Source of the DNA: Raillietiella orientalis
Taxonomy: Eukaryota
Length of the DNA: 64,000 bases
Direction of reading: 5' to 3'
NCBI GenBank assembly: GCA_036172245.1
Contig: JAYWIR010000006.1
Location: 5,456,001-5,520,000, forward strand
The translations under genes and the position numbers were made by a program. This document shows, piece after piece, positions 1 through 11,985 of the stretch. A model generated the notes under the pieces. It was not told where the DNA came from. It worked only from the letters and a program-made list of their open reading frames with translations, and searched no databases. Numbering within the stretch: the first letter of the stretch is position 1; every line of letters starts with the position of its first letter.

Positions 1-2630
1 CTTTCTTCAGTGTTTCAATCGGAGAATCTAATGACACGGTCTCGAGTAGATGAGATTTATGTGGGTAACTTTGCAGAGGACTGCTCTTCGGTTCCGAAGA
101 CCACAGGATGCCCTTGTGACGATGACAGCGACTGCTTCAATCACTGCATCAAAGGATTGTGTGACAACAGAAAGCGAATCCCTCGTTATTCGTGGTCGTG
201 GGGAAATCTGGAAATCTTTCTCTTTCGGCATCAGCGAGTTGAAAGCGTTGTTTTTAGTTTGGACGCTCATTTGTGGATCGGGCGAAGGGAATTCTCTCCT
301 TCTTTCGATCTTATTTTCCGTGAAATTCGTGACTTTGTTTGTTGTTTTGCCTGAAAATTCATCGTAAAGAACAGCTGAAACGAATCGAAATCAGCAACAA
401 CCGAATGTCCGTTGTCTACACAGACGAGCGCTGAAGATAGTCCGATGGAAGCTGTGCCCTTCATAAAGAGACCTTATCCTAGACGCCGCTTAAAAAAAAG
501 ACATTTCTCTTTAGGAAAGCTGATTCGCCTGTTCATTTATTTATACAAAAAATAACGAGGCGCCTCACGTACTGAATAAAGAGGAAAGCAGAAATGGAAT
601 CATCGTGCACCATCTCGGACGATTGGAATTCGCCAAGAAAGACCGGGAAAGGATACTCAAATACTTGCCAAATATTTATCCATCATTGCGAGATTCCGTC
701 GTTTCATTCCTGCCTTTCTTTCCATGCAAGATTCTTCATTCTCGCACACTTTCCGGGAAGAGTGTGAAAACGAATACGCGCACCGCTTGACCTCACTCTC
801 ACTGAATTTAGGTTTGTGCTCGGGGTCGAATCGTCCAGACGGCTGCTCGTGTGAGTGCATGAATGACGCGTGCATCAGCCGCGCCTGCTTGGTGGTTTTC
901 ACGACAGGCTTCAAAAAATGCAGTGAGCATCTCTCAATCATCCCGTGGTTCATTCGAAAGGGTGATGATGGGAATGATGTCTGTCTCACAGCTTCACTCC
1001 AGCCGGAAGCCTCATCCTCATGGTTGCGGGTGCGAGAACACAGAAGATTGTAGGCACTACAATTGCCTCAAAGATGAGGTCACAGCGTTCACGACTTGCG
1101 GTAGGTCCCTCCTTTGTAGAGCCAAAGCGCAAACGCTCGCGTGCAGTAATCATCCGCCAAGTCTTGCATCTGCAAAGCAGTAGGCATTAGAAGTGGCAGT
1201 GGCTGAGCTGATGAGCTTCCTGCGAGACACACTTTGCAGCGAAGAGTCGCGCGCCAGCACGAGCGCATGCGCTCTTTTTGTATCCAACACGACCACGCGG
1301 AATGTTTACAGATGCTGCTTTCTGGCTAAGATAGTGTGCCTAAGATGATACGCCTCCCAAATATGTCAAAGCTGGAAGTTTCTGCTCTCACGAGCTCAAG
1401 GACAGCTGCTTTTCGGTTAGAATGCCCGTGCCTGAACGGCGGTGAAGTTCCAAAAGCAACTTTCCTGTGCGTGCCCTCGGCAGTATTACGGATCTCTTTG
1501 TGAATGGAAAAGATGGAGTGAGTACTAAAGAGCTACTTCTTTCCTCCCCTCCGATGTACAGCATCGTGCCGCTTCGTACGTAAATCGACGAATTCCGAAT
1601 CGTTCACAATATTTCAGCCTGGTCAATATTGTGGATACCGCTCTGACCGCAAAATTTCGCATTTTCCAGGGATGGGTAAGCTTACCACGATCATCCTCAT
1701 TACCATTGGGATGCTCCTGTTGCTCCCTTTGGCTGGTTTTGCTTCACATCCCATGTTGTTCAAAAGCTTTGGCGAAAAGGTTTGTACATTGGCGAATCAG
1801 CTTATCCGACTCGGTTTCGCGTGCTGAGATTCTTTCGTGGTCACATTTCGCAAGAACGCGAGCGTTTTTGCATTGTGCACCTCCCGTCGCCCACCCGGGG
1901 TCGATCTGTCCGTCTCGAGCGAATGGGAACGAATGCAGTAATTAAGTTCTCTGCCGGCGCAGTCGTCGGAACGTGCCTTTGCAAGTGAAATCGAAATGCA
2001 AAGGTGAACCGGGTGGGCGTAGCTGCGTGCACCTACGGAGCACTTGCATGTGTCTGCGGTGCAAGTGACGCGCGGCGCTTCCTCCCCCCGGCAAATGGTC
2101 ACCTTCGTGGTCAGCTCCCGAACGGACGAGGAGGTGCGGCGTGCAGGGGATGCCGCAACCGATCACAATGGCTGTTCCCGTGGTGACGTCACGGCACCGG
2201 CAAATCGTCGCAGGACTGGCCGAGAACTGGGAGAACGCGTTTTCCCTTTGCTGTATTTTGCGGTGACCGCACGGTGCCAAATGGAACTCCCCAACCCACT
2301 TGGTCGTTGCCCCGCTCTCAAAATCCTCAATTTCCACTCCGACGACCACATTGCACGGCGGAAGTCAGCGTGTGTGGGCGGCTACCTGATGAAGATGGGT
2401 CCACGTGTATAGGATTTTTGCCGATTCTCGACACGCGCCGGCAACTCATTCCCCAATCCTCTTGAAGAGCATACGCCACAAGCTGAATGCGATACTTCCC
2501 AAGGCGAATACGCCGTGCTTATCGAAACGAAGTGGGCTTTTGAGTTTCCTCTGCACGTTGGCTGGTCGTGTGCTTTTCCTCCATCACAGGCGAAACAGCG
2601 TTTCCAACACATCGTTTTGCGTACGTGTGT
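1..2630 (+). pseudogene. 3' part of a multi-exon cysteine-rich repeat type-I membrane protein gene (probably degenerate); runs off the left edge
   Basis: Cys-module exons, mostly bounded by GT-AG: EDCSSVPKTTGCPCDDDSDCFNHCIKGLCD (~76-165), GLCSGSNRPDGCSCECMNDACISRACLVVFTTGFKKC|gtgag (~811-922), PHPHGCGCENTEDCRHYNCLKDEVTAFTTC|gtagg (~1010-1100), EGF-like ECPCLNGG (~1420-1443) and a hydrophobic TM exon LTTIILITIGMLLLL (~1670-1780). Apparent frameshifts occur relative to the paralog at 21-23.6 kb. Confidence 0.7.
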
Positions 2631-3479
2631 GAGGGAAGCCTCGTTCCCTCCCTTTTTCTCGGGTGGAGCAGCCATACTCAATTAATAAATAATGTTTGAT
2701 GCTGCGGTTGGCTTTCCAGTCATCATCAACATTATTCTTCTCTTGTTATTCCTGCCTACTCTTTCAAGTGTTTCCAAGAAGAGCGCATCGATGATTACCA
2801 ACTCTTGTACCAATGAGGACAGTTTTGCAAAGCAGACATGTACTATTTGCAAAGTCCATTTTGTACATTACGTTTGTGTGACTTTTTCCCCCGCATCGTC
2901 ATTTCTTTGTTTCTTGAATACACTCTTGCATTCTGAAAGCATGCCGCTCCATGCTTCATAAAAGGTAACAAAGAAGCACAAAACGTGCAAACACTAATTT
3001 CAAACTACTCGTAATCTCCGTAATACTTCCGTGACTCTTTAATAGGACCTGTGGGAGATCAATAAAGATTCAAAATTTCACATTGGTCACGATTCGAGTT
3101 GTTTCTTTATACTTAGAACCGATCGAATCAGATGCATTGAAATAAGTGGACAGCTGGCATCCTTGCGCCGCGCCACCAGGTCCTTCAAGCTGATCCGGGA
3201 CCTCGCAGAGTCCCACGAAGCTTTTCCCGACCGGCGTTGCGGCCGCGAATCGCTGAAAGGTCGACAGCCTTCTGAAGCCAGCAGTAGAGAGCGCGGTGCG
3301 GGACATTCGGTTCGACGAAGAAGACCGAGACGGGCAGCCCGTTTCCCAGTGGCCCGACTCGATCGATCTCCAGGTTCACGAACGTTTACGCTCCGACAAA
3401 CGAAGGGCCAGAAGAGAATTCTTCCACTCCCTGAAACGCGAATGGCTGGCCGACGCGGGATGCGGAGAGGTCACCTGAC

Positions 3480-3900
3480 AGCGGGCGAATTTAACGTGCG
3501 CCCATTCAGGCATCAACTCCAGCGATTGGATACCTTGGCGGAGCAGAACGGCTGGATCTCCTGCATCCCCACGAGCCGTGGTGCCTGCCTAGAGTTGGTG
3601 CTTAGGGGATGATCAACGCCACGAGTCCGGGTCAACCTTAATGCCCGTAATGCTTCAACTACGCTTGCTGCAGGCTGGAGGAGACTGCGATCCGCACTAG
3701 GAAGAAACGCGTAGTCTTCAAGAACTCCCCTTGCAGCAACGCCTCCCTTTCTGAGGAAGCCAAACGGCAACTGTCATCCACAAAGATGCCAAGTCTCCTG
3801 CAGAATCGCGTGCAGGAGTAACCCGCATGCTGGTGGACCGCGGAGCACTACAACAACCTCAACTGCTCCACCTAAATCTGCAGGAACTGATCCGCTGGGT
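3480..3900 (+). mobile_element. Decayed C-terminal ORF2 fragment of an L1/Tx1-like non-LTR retrotransposon
   Basis: RHQLQRLDTLAEQNGWISCIPTS aligns with FLLRQLDTLVDAQSWISCHPMS in the LINE at ~10.3-10.4 kb (-). Confidence 0.55.
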
Positions 3901-4858
3901 CTGGTTCCTGCAAATTCTCACCGAAGACCTTGTGCTTCCCGTGGGTCATAGACTTCCCCTAAATCGGTAGGAGTTGGCGCTAGCTGCGCTGCTGTGGTCT
4001 CCCGTGCAACGCCCGCCGGCATCATTGATACAAGGGCAGGCTGACCCCGAGCTGCCTCAGATACGGGAAAAAGGATTCTCTCCCGCACCTGCTTGTGGAC
4101 TGCACTGCCCTCTGGTCCCTTCGGAAGCGTTTCGGAACGACCCTTCAGGCCCCGGTGGACAACCCCAGCATGAAGTGCCCTCTTCACGGGGAATGCATTG
4201 CTGCCGGTCGTGTTCCTTGCAGGTGTTTGCTGGTTTCGCGGGGTGATGGAGTTCTGGTGAGCCGCCAAAAGAGGCGGGAAAAACAGGGACGCCATTTACT
4301 TCGCCGTTCGCTTCATGAGGATAGCAACGAGATGGCTCTATCCGGGAAATGTTCAGGTGAAACTTGCCAGCCTTGACGAGTGGAGGCAAAGGACTCCTCC
4401 CACCCCTTTTTTTTTATTCTGTTTATCCGATCCATCTCCATTTATGCCAATGTACCCACATTCATAACAATAATCAGCACATTACACCTTCATTTCCACC
4501 ACGCAAAGCTTTCCACGTAAACCCCCTAGGGACCAGAAAAAAACTCGATATCTACTTTTCCGACCATTCCCCTTTCTTGAAGATTCAAGAAACCTCCTAT
4601 CATACATTACAAACACTCACATCCTTCTCTCTTCCATACACATTCATACGCGAAGGAAACCACTCATCCTCCAACCCACTCGTTACCCTTACCCATATCC
4701 AACACGAATAAGATTTCCCTTTTGCTTCCACCATCCCACGCTGAGTACCCAACACGCTAGGAGGAGGAGGAGTTCTACTCACAATCCTAACTTAGGCATC
4801 CTTCCGATTTGCCAACAAACCCCATACCAGACTCACGCCGTTGCCCCTTGAAAAATAC

Positions 4859-4880
4859 ATATATATATATATATATATAT
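4859..4880. repeat. (AT)11 microsatellite, followed by tttggaga x2 right at the inverted-repeat breakpoint
   Basis: Directly visible in the sequence. Confidence 0.95.
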
Positions 4881-5219
4881 CTTCGTCAAATACATCCTTT
4901 TCGATTTGGAGATTTGGAGATTTGCGCACGAGCCCAGAAGCCCACGGCACTGGATACGAGCATCTTCCTGCCCCCACAGTAGGGCGATCGGTCCGGTCTC
5001 CACGGGGACCCGGATTCGTCCCGACTGCGCCTCAAGCAGAGGACGGCACCCTGGTCTGCCGTGAAACTCCCTTCCGGCAACTCGGACAAACAGAGCTCTC
5101 GCGTCGAAGGGAATTCGTGGCCGCGCGTTCCTTTCGACCTGACGGATTCGCGCCCAACCGCAATGGTCAGCACCGATCTTCGCCCGGACATGCAGGGGCG
5201 TTTGTCCAAATTTGAAAGA

Positions 5220-5950
5220 AACTCACAGATTGTGGTGGGACACGTGATCTGTCCTACCATACTCGCCTAGTCCACGGACCTGCCGGGTCGCCGGTACGCA
5301 GACCGGCGGGGGTCACCTCGGCAGCGGATGGGGAGGTGGAGAAAACAAGAAGAAAAAGAAAGAGTGAACAAAAATAAATTAGAATCCTTGGAAGATCGGT
5401 ATGGGACCATTGTCCACTGGAGAGAGTCTGCATCCTTCCTAGGATGCCTACTAAGTCCGTCCGAATAGGTTCCAGGTGGGACCATCTGTCCGCCATGCCC
5501 AGAAAGACTGGATGGCATCTCTCCCGTTTCTTCCTCGGTAGGCTTCGCTACAAGCCGCCGCGATGCCTGCGGATGCAGCAGGGTGCTGCTGGGGCTGCAG
5601 CTGACTGCAGGGCGCCCCTCACGGAGAGGAGCCGTCAAACATACGATAAAAACAAATAACAACATCCGCGATCCGTAAGGTTAGTCGTTTTGAAGCGTTC
5701 CGACAGGGGCCAGAGGGCAACGCAGTCCACTGGCAGGCGCGGGAGGGATTCCCGTTCCCCGCATCCGAGACAGTCCGGCTCTCCTTAGCCAGCGTCGGCG
5801 ACTGTTGCAGGGAAGACCGAAGACCCCCCAGTGCAACAACAGAAGCTCTCCGACTCCTGCCACTTCAAGGGGAGGGCACTGCTGTCCACGAACACTGGGG
5901 GGCACTTCAAGTCCTCACCGAGAACGCTCAGTAGCACGCCTCAGCGTTGA
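5220..5950 (-). mobile_element. 3' end (ORF2 C-terminus, T-rich 3' UTR and stem-loop) of an L1/Tx1-like LINE inside the IR arm
   Basis: cagtgcaacaacagaag...cacttcaaggggagg (~5829-5878) is homologous to ~12606-12650; the GGQMVPP motif matches GSKMAPL and GNKMVPL in the other copies; stem-loop at 5291-5306. Confidence 0.7.
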
Positions 5951-6720
5951 AGGTCAAGTGGAAGGGAACTTGGGATGCGCGCAGTCCGCCCTTCGGCACT
6001 CACTGCGGAAGGTGCTCCGCCTGTTCTCGTGAAACCTCAGGTCTTGCGCTGTGCAGGTCGGTTTGCGGCCGTGAAGCCCGCTAGCGAGGGCACTATCCTC
6101 GCGCACCGCGTGAAGCGCCCGCACCAACGGCGCCGCGGCCGCTCGCCGGCGAGCTGGCGCCACGTGATCCGCTTAGCTTCACTGCAGCAGGCTAACCATC
6201 GGATAAACGGGCACGTGCACGAGGTTACCGCATGTTTTGACCGCGAGCGGTGCTAGAGGACCGCATCGGTTCCCCGGAGACAAATTCACGAAGGCCCTCC
6301 CTCCGTCCGTTTCCCGTACCTCGCCATGCTCAGCAGTTCCTCCCAGGGGCTCAGCGGAGATCGCCATCTCCGCTCGCGGAAACGCGCTGCATCCAGGCAG
6401 CGGCCGCGCGTCGAGGGCGTACCCACGGAAGAGGTCCCAGGGCAGTCGCGATGCGGCGGATGCTGGTGCGAGAGGGCGCGGCAAGCGAGCGACGCTGACG
6501 CTGATGGTCGACCCCTTGCGGAATGACTCGACCCTCCTCCCCTCCATCCCTCACGCACTGCGCCGTGAGCTGCGCCACTTCGCAGCCTCCACCCTCCGAA
6601 GGAACACAACAAGTGCAGTACGCAGAGCCTTTTTTATTCAGGGATGCCCCTCCCTCTTTCGCAGGCGCACGACGTTGCCTTCTCTCACGTCGGCTGCATC
6701 GCGGTCAGCGTAGAGATGAT

Positions 6721-8051
6721 TCACCGGCAGATTCTGCCCACGCAGCGCGGGGCTGACCGTGGACAGTCTCTGTTACTCCTACATATCGTAATTGAAGTGG
6801 GCCCCTCGATTATCGTGTACCTCTGTCCAGGTTTCTTCTGCCTCCTGCAAGAATCACCGAGGCGTCTCGGTGTACCAAGAGGGGGAGGGGGAAGGGGGGG
6901 TCGGCTCAACTTCCGAGCTTCGAGGCGCGAACCACGACACGCCCGCAGCGGCGGGCTGTGGGAACCTTCGCAACGACCGCAGCGTGCAGCCTCCGTTCCC
7001 AGCCCGGCATCGGAAGGGCGCGCAGGTCAGCGTACATGCAAACGACGGACCCCGCCGCGGACGCTCCTCCGCGCCCCATCACGAGGAGGACGCGGCCAAA
7101 CATAGCCCGGGGCGAAGGCTGACCTGGCGACCTCGCAGGGAGGCGCTGAAGTGCTCGGTGGCAGGCGGGCAAGAAGGATGCGGCGGAGAAAAGGAAACGA
7201 ATCTCCCGCGCGCCGAAACACCAAACTTTCCCCGCGCATCTTCCCGGAGAGGCTGTGGGAGACACCGCCTGCTTCCCGAGCGAAGGGCGGAAGGCGGTGC
7301 CCCCGCATCCTCCGGACCGCCCCACCGGCGCGAGGACGCCGCGCAGCAAACGTGGAAGGAGAAGCCGGGAAGCGGCGCGGGGAAGCCGAGCGCATTGCCG
7401 CGCCTACCGACACCCTCCCTCCCTCCGGAGGGGAGGGTGGCGGAGCTCTATCCGGAAGCTCGCGCGTCGCGGAGTAACGGAGGCACGCGCACCTCCGAAT
7501 GCGCTTCGTCTGCACTTCGGCCGCTCGGAAGGGTGCAGGCGGCGTCTTGCGCCGAACGTTGCCGTCAAAGGACGCCGCCCCAGGCGCACCCGGAAACGGC
7601 GCACGAAACACGCGCGGCAGCGGCCGCACAAAGGCTCGTCTTACGATGGGCCTTGCTTCCTCAATTCATTATCCGAGTCGTCGCCGCCGTCATCGCCGTC
7701 GTAGCCATTCCTGTCGCCCTCGTAATCATCCTCGTCGTAGTCGTCGTCGTCGTAATCGTCGCAAAGGACTTGCTTGGGGACCGTCACTGAAACATCCACA
7801 GCTGCGGGTCGCGGCCAACCACTCCCGGGGCCGGCCGGCCACCGCCGGACGCCGCGTCTGCTCCCACCGGGCACCCGAAGCGGAGCGAGTCGCGCTACTC
7901 GCCGCGGAGGTGGGCGCTGCCTTGTTGGCACGCGTCGACTTCCGCTCTTCGCCCCGGACAGGAGAGGTGGCGGCTCCGCGCCCGCTCCGCCTCACTTACG
8001 CAGCTGTAGAGCCACCAGTCCAAGGAGGAGCCAACCCAAGAGCGCTTTCAT
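6721..8051 (-). CDS. Small secreted acidic/cysteine-motif protein, spliced (exons 8051-8000, 7801-7645, 6844-6721); IR copy 1
   Basis: Mirror of 16604-17934; the mismatches noticed between the arms fall outside these three exons. Confidence 0.65.
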
Positions 8052-9739
8052 CGCGGCGGTTGCCTGGTCACCTTCGGGAGCGGTCGTGCGGGGAACAGAG
8101 GAACGGGCGATGCTTTTCCGATCGGAGCGGGAAGTTCGGGAAGGAGCGCTCGGTCCCGGCGGCCACGGCGGCTCCATTTATACCGCTCTGCCCCCGGGCA
8201 ACGGCGCGTCTCCCCGCCGCCGCTGACGCCGCGGTCTCGGATTTCGCGTGGAACCGGCCGGAGGCACCCGGAAATGAAGACCCCGAATCGCCCGCCGTGC
8301 GTGCGAGTGGCGCCTGGCGCGGGACACGCGTCCCGTTCCCTGAGGTCACGTCCGAATCTCACGCGCGTGGCCCGCGGGAGTGCGGATCCCTCTCCGAGCG
8401 CGGTCTCTCGAGCGGCGCAGAGGTGCGGGAGATCCCCGTGGCCGCGCTCCGTGAACGCACGAGTCCTTCCGCGTCCTTCTCGCCTGTCTGATCGCGCTAC
8501 AGCGGCCTGCGGGGATCCGGCGTGGCGGGTCGAGGAGGCGAAGGTTGGCAGAGCTGGCCTCTGCCCAGCTGCCGCCTGGCGTCCAGTTTTTCGTCCCGAG
8601 CTGCTCTTTGCCGGAAGCGCGGCGAACGGCTCGCCCGTCTGCAATGACCTCGAGGGGGGCGCGGATCGCGGCGCAGCGAACATTCGTCCAGCGCGCACGC
8701 ATCTGGGCGCCTCCTCCACCCGGCGCGTCCACCGGACCTCCCCGACAATTTCTGCTGCCCCGAGCAGGGCCGCGAGGCGGGCCCTTCAGTAGAGCGGTCC
8801 TTGGGTCCATCGTCCCGCAGGGTACGCCCTCACGATGCCGCTCCGCGAGCTCTCGCCCGCGAGTCGTTTCGCCTGCGAGGGGAGGCGTCCGCCGCCGGTC
8901 GATCGGAGGGAGAGGGGCAGCGGCACCGCCGACTTTCGCCTGTTGTCGTGTACGGAGGCCCGCCGGGCCGTTTCTGCTGCACTCCTGAGGAGGACGGATG
9001 GCCTAGCCTGGTGGTGGCTGCCACTCCCAACGTTGCCCTCTACTTCCGTTGCCCTGAAGGCGTGCACATTTGGGGCCCTCTGCCGGCGGCTGCATCAAGC
9101 GGAGTCGGGGGACGAGAGAGGTTGCTACAAGGTGGAGCCCGCGCGGGAGTTTCCCCGCTGCTACGGATGGGGGGAAGGGGGGGGGGGGGAGAAGCATCAA
9201 TTCGGTTCGCGGCCGTCGTCGCACCTACAGAACGCCGTCCTTGGAGTTGGTCCTTCCAGTTGGTGGAGGAAGTGGGGAGGGGGGTGACGCTGATGCCATA
9301 TTGCAGCACGCAGCGACCTTCCGTGTCCCAGCAACCCTGCCGCTCGAGCGCTCGCGAGTGCGCGCTGCCGCCAGGCCAACTCCCGGCGAGCTGCCCCAGC
9401 CACGAGGCGCAGCGCCTCTTGCGGAACGTCGCCGTTTGAAAGGATTGAATGGATCTGCCGTACTCATAGGTGTATGTGCATGAGTACATGTACACATGTG
9501 GATGCACACGATAGCAACGTGCACGTTTGTTGTGATCCTTCGAGGCTTTGCGCTCCAGGATACTTCGAACGCAACCCAGAGCGAAAAAATGGGGCAACCG
9601 AGCATGGGCGTCCGAGAAGGGACTTGTGACCTCAGGGTGATCTCTCACGTTCTCTCCCAAGCGAAGGAGGAGGGGGTCGTTTGCGCGAGGCGCGGAGGGT
9701 GCGCGGTTCCTCCCTTCTCGGCGTGATTTCTGGACACGT

Positions 9740-11985
9740 CACGCCGGGGCGTTCACTCCACAAAAGGATGCTAGCGGGGAGGTTATCCAGAGTCTAGCTC
9801 GGCTTCCAGCAGAAGACGAGAGGAGTTGATGGGAAGGGCCCACCGACACGCAAATCGGGATATCCAAGAAAAGTAGGGTACGGAAGGGAGCGAGCCATAA
9901 ATGAATAGGTGGAAGGTGGGACACGGGTCTTTGGTTTGTTCCGTTCTTCCTGGACGAGAAAAAAAAAGGGGAAAGTCCACAACGGGTGGAAGGAGACAAA
10001 AAGCAAATAATAAAGGGGTGATTGGGGATAAGGGCCACCGTGTCTACTGTTCCTTCTTTTCGGAACCGGCGAATCTCCGGCCTCAAAGTTCTCTTCCTGG
10101 TGAGGCCACTTGGCAGCCTCATAGGCAGCTGCCATCCTGGCGACCTATCTTGGCTGTGTCTGCGTCTCCATAGCATGATGGGTCGCCATGACAATGGCGC
10201 GGACGCAACACACCGTCACTACCACCGCACAAGCCGAGGGTCCGCCGGGCATGAAGAACTGCCGCAGCAGGTCGTGGGCTGTGTGTCCTGCCGCTGGGGC
10301 AGTCTCCCACCTCCAGGCATTGAAGCTCATTGGGTGGCAGGAGATCCATGATTGGGCATCCACTAGAGTATCGAGCTGCCTCAGGAGGAAGCCGAAACCA
10401 CGCATCCTGTGACGACGGGTGCTCGGCATCGGTCCTTTGCTGCCGGCGCATCTCCGCAGGATGAGACGCGCAGGTGCCAAGCTGTGGACTCTTCCGCAGC
10501 TTGGCGCAAGGGGCGAGAAGTCGGAATTGCACCATCTACGGCCGAATTCTCTCCAGTGCCAGGAGGCTCAAGCCGGCGTCCCGATGCGGAACCGTCAAGT
10601 CTTTGAGGAGGAGCCTGGAACTCGAAGGAGGCGTTCCTCAGCAAGCTCTGAGCTCGCAGCTTCGCCTCGTAGGGGAAAGGGGAGAGGACAAACAAAAAAC
10701 AGGGGGACGGGGGGGGGGGGCAGGAGTCACGAAGGTGTTTGCATCTTGTCCTGGCAAGTCGAACCTGTCGTGGAGGAACGGGCTGAGGGTTAGCTCAGCC
10801 TTCTGGAGGCACGGAGACACTGAAGTCGCTGCACGGAACGCGAATATATTTGAAGTACTTGCCCATGGGGATCCTCAGGCGGATGCAATCGGACTGCCCC
10901 TCCCACGACGTACCACTGGAACGCCCACGCTCTTACTCCTGTTCACGCTCACGCCCGCTCTCCGACGAACAGCTCGAAGAAATCCTCGATCCTGGATGCC
11001 AGGGTGGACACGGGCAGCAGAAGAAGCAGGTCATCTGCAGAGGCGGCCACAGCCGGCGTTCATGGGAATGACCTCGGCAGGTTGGCGAGCGTCAGCCTGT
11101 ACGCTCTCAACACCAACTCGAAGATGCTGAGGAGCAGAGAGGGCTTAGACTGTCTCCTCGCCTGATGCCACTGCACACGGGAATACTGTACACGCGGTAG
11201 CCGCTGAAAAAAATCGAAGTGATCGCGTGGTGCCAGCAAGCGCTCAGGTAGACGACGAGGTGCGCCAAGAGATCGAGGCGTTCCAAGAGCTCCAGAAGGA
11301 GTTCCTGGTTAACGAAGCTGAACACCTTGTGGATATGGACTGCGACCACCCAGGCATCTCCCCCTGCCGTCTATGCCTACGTTTGCCTGCCGCAGCAGCA
11401 CTTTCTGCCTTGCTGCGCGACGCAATCCTCCATTGCGAACCATGTGCGCGCGAAAAGGAGGTTCGCGTCCATGGACCACGTACATCTGCTTCGGACTTAC
11501 CAAAGACTCGGAGATCCGCTCTCGTCTCGCGACCCACAGCTCCGAGAACGACTTGATGTCCGAATTCACCAAGGCGATCGGACGCAAGTTGATGAGGAGA
11601 CGCCTTTTGGCAAGAGACTCTCCTTCACTGAGCAGAAGGTCTCCCTCATCAGCTTCTGGAGTCCTGGGTTGCCACTTTGGAAGTGATCCCAGAGGAACTG
11701 TGACCACTGCAGAATCTCCTTCGCAAACCGCTGGGAGATTTGTAGGACTGGAACCATTGGTCCCGGATAGCCGTCGCACCCCTTGCCGCAGTGCTGCCTG
11801 ATCTCAGGGAGAGCGACGACAGCAGCCAGCCGGATGGCTGGGAGTTCTCCTGCGAGATGACAGGAGTCGGGAAACTCTTGGATGGCTGCAAGACGAGCGG
11901 GTTGGTTGGTGGATGGCACCACTCCTCGTTTCCGCCTTAGGTGGAACGACCTGCTTGGTTTAACACTCGGTCGTGCCGAGACGTT
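9740..11985 (-). mobile_element. 5'-truncated decayed L1/Tx1-like LINE (RT domain to 3' UTR)
   Basis: Frameshifted RT motifs NLRPIALVNSDIK, HKVFSFVNQELL, SGIRRGDSLSPL, DDLLL and KYFKYI; purine-rich (+) tail; stem-loop at 9843-9858. Confidence 0.85.

Larger units (their letters stand above)
4924..8935 (+). repeat. Left arm of a 4,012-bp near-perfect inverted repeat
   Basis: ORFs mirror those at 15720-19731 with a constant coordinate sum of 24655. Ends were read by eye; mismatches seen at 5553/19102 and 7472/17183. Confidence 0.97.

Noticed and set aside
2692..2961. Short ORF with a hydrophobic signal-like N-terminus
   Set aside because: AT-rich segment with no splice or homology support; hydrophobic runs arise easily in T-rich DNA.
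6237..8990. Many long overlapping ORFs (up to 332 aa) and their mirrors at 15.6-18.4 kb
   Set aside because: They are Arg/Pro/Ala/Gly-rich products of very high GC in all six frames with no motifs; the credible gene is the spliced one.
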